In this document: positions 61,501-64,000 of the stretch, piece by piece
How positions within the stretch are numbered: position 1 is the stretch's first letter
How the letters are laid out: every line of letters begins with the position of its first letter
Assembly: GCA_963737065.1 (NCBI GenBank)
Contig: CAVTRC010000002.1
Span: forward strand, 32,001-96,000
DNA: 64,000 nt
Source of the DNA: Candidatus Eremiobacteria bacterium
GTDB taxonomy: Bacteria; Vulcanimicrobiota; Vulcanimicrobiia; Vulcanimicrobiales; Vulcanimicrobiaceae
Direction: 5' to 3'
Translations under genes and position numbers: made by a program
Notes under the pieces: generated by a model
The model's input: only the letters and a program-made list of their open reading frames with translations
What the model was told of the DNA's origin: nothing
Databases searched by the model: none

Positions 61501-61771
61501 ATCGCCGCGCATTACGTTTGCGTACCACTTTTACGTCGACATCCCGCTCATCTGTCTGTGCAATGCAGTGGTGCTGCAGCGCCTGTGGGAATGGTCGAGG
61601 ACGCGCGGATCGAGTACGAAGTGGGCCGGTGCCGCAGCGATCGGCGCGGCCGTGCTCATTATTGCGTTCGGCTTCGGGTTCTTCTATCCGATTCTTTCGG
61701 CGGAGAAGATTCCATGGGACGCGTGGCATGCGCGCATGTGGATCGGCAAGTGGATCGTCGGACCGGGATAG
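58511..61771 (+). CDS. Tandem GT-C glycosyltransferase: GT87/ALG-like module + PMT (GT39)-like module
   Basis: N half DYPP, WGQID, KPQ, HERY; C half FDEIYF, HPPL, SSKW, HPYSSKWWEWP. Confidence 0.8.
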   Translation: MKVMTNDQPSVWERTYPWALPALLLLGFVVRMLFVRSSGFQTDVSTFEAWAISVHENGLANFYAKTSFADYPPGYLYILGLIGALWAPFRAHDPGYAMLGVLVKMPSILADLGVGALLFALGRRFAAPAIAFGAAALYVFNPATIFNSADWGQIDSVSAGLALLAAFFLLKSDDSPAERLSWQIPVAWVTFAYSLLIKPQAAVLIPIFIAFAFTDRERMRSRVAGTAIGIVAACIFAILLVEPFHPSNPIAALGWLLQRYSVGSAVYDYNTVNAFNLWALRGDLWEKDSQPIVGLAQYVWGIGLVIAALALIVWRYVQERTPASLLESSALALLAFFVLATRMHERYIFDGMLFSVACIPIARRYVWGSIVLSIVLFANLLYSLQYLLAVTGGMPGANPHNLWGVGTQFFAVLAVGTFFLLGWAYLGGSTERDESLGVRPPHDAAATQPRSWWRALDYFDPREGLAVMRKPLDYVVMGSLGAASFIVSYINYWYPPTKVFDEIYFARAAEEYLKNMRIYENTHPPLSKLLVTLSVLLFGGLGHGDNSYGWRFLDVVFGALVVMLLYVFAKRVTKSTIFATIAAAFLFFDGMHFVQSRIATPEGFVVFFSLAAVYAFYRFLIASQVEEREHVAVPGFAFGAGVAVSLVIGLIAVLVWDLVWTHMPNPSKLDLPTSIVIALYVALGVYLLVRYVAFPKIYADGTTEQTYADGSYALVDAQRHAVFAVDGGAIESAPGGKAKIRNGPYSQNRAGALEYVDGDVTLTYRTEPSVTYGSPAGRVVYANNEVHADAEVEQGKSAKLWLLAFTIALGLLVSSKWYGVMGFGVSFIALIFVSLQRFFRRGRIALWGNPRGFRLDGALVTILFVAATVYGLVWIPDLVRQSPDPNEIHNINDVVARQYSMFEYHDTLKATHPYSSKWWEWPLDYVPIAYYYQDNRANKSDDHGCCVEEITSMPNPFNMWLGLVCVPIVAFLAWRERNKAYALIVLTYLLQWLPWMRSPRITFAYHFYVDIPLICLCNAVVLQRLWEWSRTRGSSTKWAGAAAIGAAVLIIAFGFGFFYPILSAEKIPWDAWHARMWIGKWIVGPG

Positions 61772-61801
61772 CGAAGGATCGTCGGGCAGAGGAAGTGTTG
61801 T

Positions 61802-62542
61802 ATGGGTCGCAAGTGGCAGAATATCAAACTCGGCAAAGGTAAACTCGATCAAGAACGTGGAGCGCTCTTCACGCGGTTGAGCAGAGAAATCACGCTCGCC
61901 GCGAAGAACGGCTCGACCGATCCCGATGCGAATCACCGGCTGAAGATCGCGATCGATAAAGCGCGCGAAAACAACATGCCGCAAGATAACATCAAGCGGG
62001 CAGTCGCGCGCGGCGCCGGCGGCACGGGTGAAAAAGAGATCGAAGAAGTTCGCTATGAGGGATACGGACCGCACGGCGTGGCCGTCGTCGTCGATGCCGC
62101 GACGGACAACCGCAACCGCACCGCCGGCGAGATGCGTTTCGTATTTAGCAAGCACGGCGGCTCGCTCGGCGAGTCGGGTTCGGTCGCGTGGATGTTCGAT
62201 CAGGTTGGAATCGTGGAAGTCGACACGGCGGCAAAATCCGAAGACTCGTTGACCGAAACCGCGCTCGTTGACGGAGTTGTCGATCTGGATTACGGAGATG
62301 AGCAGAGTTCAATTTATACCGAACCGACGCAACTAGCACGTGCGCGCGAATTGCTCTCGATCGCCGGATTGAAAATCACCGGCGCATATCTCGGCGTACG
62401 TGCGAAGCAGACCGTTGCGCCCGAAGGACCCGGCCTCACCGACGCGCTCGTGTTCCTCGACGCAATCGAGTCTAACGAAGATGTGCAGCGCGTCTTCAGC
62501 AACCTCGAGCTCTCCGACGCTGCCCTGGAGGCTCTCGCCTGA
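61802..62542 (+). CDS. YebC/PmpR-family protein
   Basis: KWQNIK, YEGYGPHG, TDNRNRT, GSVAWMF. Confidence 0.95.
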   Translation: MGRKWQNIKLGKGKLDQERGALFTRLSREITLAAKNGSTDPDANHRLKIAIDKARENNMPQDNIKRAVARGAGGTGEKEIEEVRYEGYGPHGVAVVVDAATDNRNRTAGEMRFVFSKHGGSLGESGSVAWMFDQVGIVEVDTAAKSEDSLTETALVDGVVDLDYGDEQSSIYTEPTQLARARELLSIAGLKITGAYLGVRAKQTVAPEGPGLTDALVFLDAIESNEDVQRVFSNLELSDAALEALA

Positions 62543-62577
62543 ACGGACGTATAGAGCGCGAAGACCGGCGCGAGGCC

Positions 62578-63621
62578 GTGCACCGGTACATCCCGCGAGA
62601 CTGGGTCTTTCCGCTCGTGCTCGCTGCGTTCGTCGGCGTCGTCGTGTGGTTCGGTCATCAAATTCACGACTTCTTGCTTCCACCGGTCGATGAGGTGACG
62701 ATCCCCTCCTTCATCGGTCAAACGCTCGGTGATGCAAACAACGCGGCCGAACGCATGCACTTGACGAGCGAAGTCATCGACCACGCGACGAGCGACCGGT
62801 ATCCGAAAGGTGTGGTGATGAACCAACGTCCCGATTCCGGTACGAAGGTGCGCGCGGGACGGCAAGTCGGATTTGTCGTAAGCGACGGTATCGTCACGCG
62901 GTTGATGCCGGATATGCGCTACCAATCGATGCGCGAAGTCGGACTCGATCTCTCGCGCACGCGCTTGCAGTTGGGCAAGGTAACCTATGTAAAGAGTGAC
63001 GTTGTTCCGGAAGGCCACGTCATCGCGCAAGATCCTCAGCCGCTGACCAATGTGCTCGAAGGCGACAAGGTCGATCTCGTCATCAGCAAAGGCGGCGCAG
63101 CAAACGTACGCGTCCCCGACTTCGTCAACATGAAGATCGACGCCGCGCGGGCGCTCGCCGACAAAATGGGCGTGAAACTCGGGCAATTGGTATGGACGCC
63201 GCTGGGCAGCAGCGGACCCGCCCACGGCATCGTCGCCCGGCAATCCGTCTCGCCGGGAACCCGCATCGGTTCGTACGACCCCGTCTCGCTTCAAGTCAGT
63301 GCGGGACCGAACGAATCGGGTTATTTGTTGCGGCAAGTACGCGTGCTCGCGTCCGTGCCGACGCCGCAGGACGTGAAGCCGGGCGAATCGGTGAAGCTCA
63401 CCCTGCGCGTGCGCGATGCGACCGGAACCTATGACGCGTTTCGCGGGTACGCGCAGCCGGGACAAAAACTCGACTTCACCGTGAGCGCGCTCGGCACGTC
63501 GGTCGTTGATATGTACGTCAACGACTCGCTTGTCGGCGAGACGCGATTGGGCAACGAACCGCCGAAGGTCTACAACGAAGGCAAGAAGTCGCCGCCGCCC
63601 GGACCGTCCCCTACACCATGA
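62578..63621 (+). CDS. Membrane-anchored PASTA-repeat protein without a kinase domain
   Basis: N-terminal TM; three repeats (IPSFIG, MPDMRY, VPDFVN ... V..Q.P). Confidence 0.88.
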   Translation: MHRYIPRDWVFPLVLAAFVGVVVWFGHQIHDFLLPPVDEVTIPSFIGQTLGDANNAAERMHLTSEVIDHATSDRYPKGVVMNQRPDSGTKVRAGRQVGFVVSDGIVTRLMPDMRYQSMREVGLDLSRTRLQLGKVTYVKSDVVPEGHVIAQDPQPLTNVLEGDKVDLVISKGGAANVRVPDFVNMKIDAARALADKMGVKLGQLVWTPLGSSGPAHGIVARQSVSPGTRIGSYDPVSLQVSAGPNESGYLLRQVRVLASVPTPQDVKPGESVKLTLRVRDATGTYDAFRGYAQPGQKLDFTVSALGTSVVDMYVNDSLVGETRLGNEPPKVYNEGKKSPPPGPSPTP

Positions 63622-64000
63622 GCGACATCTACATCGCGCCGTCACTGCTCTCAGCGGATTTTGCCCGCATTGCCGAAGAGATCGCGGCGGTTGATGATGC
63701 GGGTGCCGACTTTCTGCATCTCGACGTGATGGACGGGCGATTCGTGCCGAACTTGACGTGGGGCCCGAAGATCATTGGTGACCTGCGCAAGCTAAGCCGC
63801 CGCGTCTTCGACTGCCACCTGATGATCGTCGAGCCCGAGAAGTATGTCGACGAATTCCGAAAGGCCGGCGCAGACATCATTACGTTTCATTACGAAGCGA
63901 CGTCGCACGCGCAACGTCTGCTCATGCACATTCGCGCGCTCGGCGCAAAGGCAGGAATTTCACTCTGCCCGCAAACGCCGGTGGCGATGCTGCAGGACAT
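63618..64000 (+). CDS. rpe: Ribulose-phosphate 3-epimerase, partial
   Basis: Manual translation from ATG 63618: IAPSLLSADF, HLDVMDGRFVPN, DCHLMI. Confidence 0.95.
   Translation, partial: MSDIYIAPSLLSADFARIAEEIAAVDDAGADFLHLDVMDGRFVPNLTWGPKIIGDLRKLSRRVFDCHLMIVEPEKYVDEFRKAGADIITFHYEATSHAQRLLMHIRALGAKAGISLCPQTPVAMLQD

Overview
GC-rich bacterial chromosomal window, mostly housekeeping and metabolic genes. No transposases, phage genes, rRNA, tRNA or CRISPR array were seen. Gene content (cmk-plsC-ispH, clpC, opcA, tal-pgi fusion, an AccE-like subunit, plus TolC) suggests a diderm Terrabacteria-type lineage such as Eremiobacterota/Vulcanimicrobiota; this is inference only. Main blocks: acyl-CoA carboxylase/methylmalonyl-CoA/fabI (1-7.2 kb); MFS, sufT-like and clpC; S9 peptidase; methionine salvage mtnBDC; WYL regulator; histidine utilisation (hutH, hutU-hutI-hutF-like, formiminotransferase); TetR-EmrA-TolC efflux operon; oxidative pentose phosphate operon; dapD; M16 protease; radA; cmk-plsC-ispH-prenyl synthase-double glycosyltransferase-yebC-PASTA-rpe. 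Most unusual observations: (i) a secreted two-domain multicopper oxidase fused to a ZIP metal transporter, with a DtxR/MntR-type palindrome 5 nt upstream of its start; (ii) just downstream, an unannotated ~200-nt structured RNA candidate with its own sigma70 promoter and terminator, preceded by three DnaA-box-like 9-mers at exact 21-bp spacing and convergent with the WYL gene; (iii) an emrB gene reduced to its fused first and last ~30 codons; (iv) a GT-C/PMT double glycosyltransferase and a Tat-signal GH47 mannosidase. Three genes carry single +1 frameshifts, probably assembly errors.
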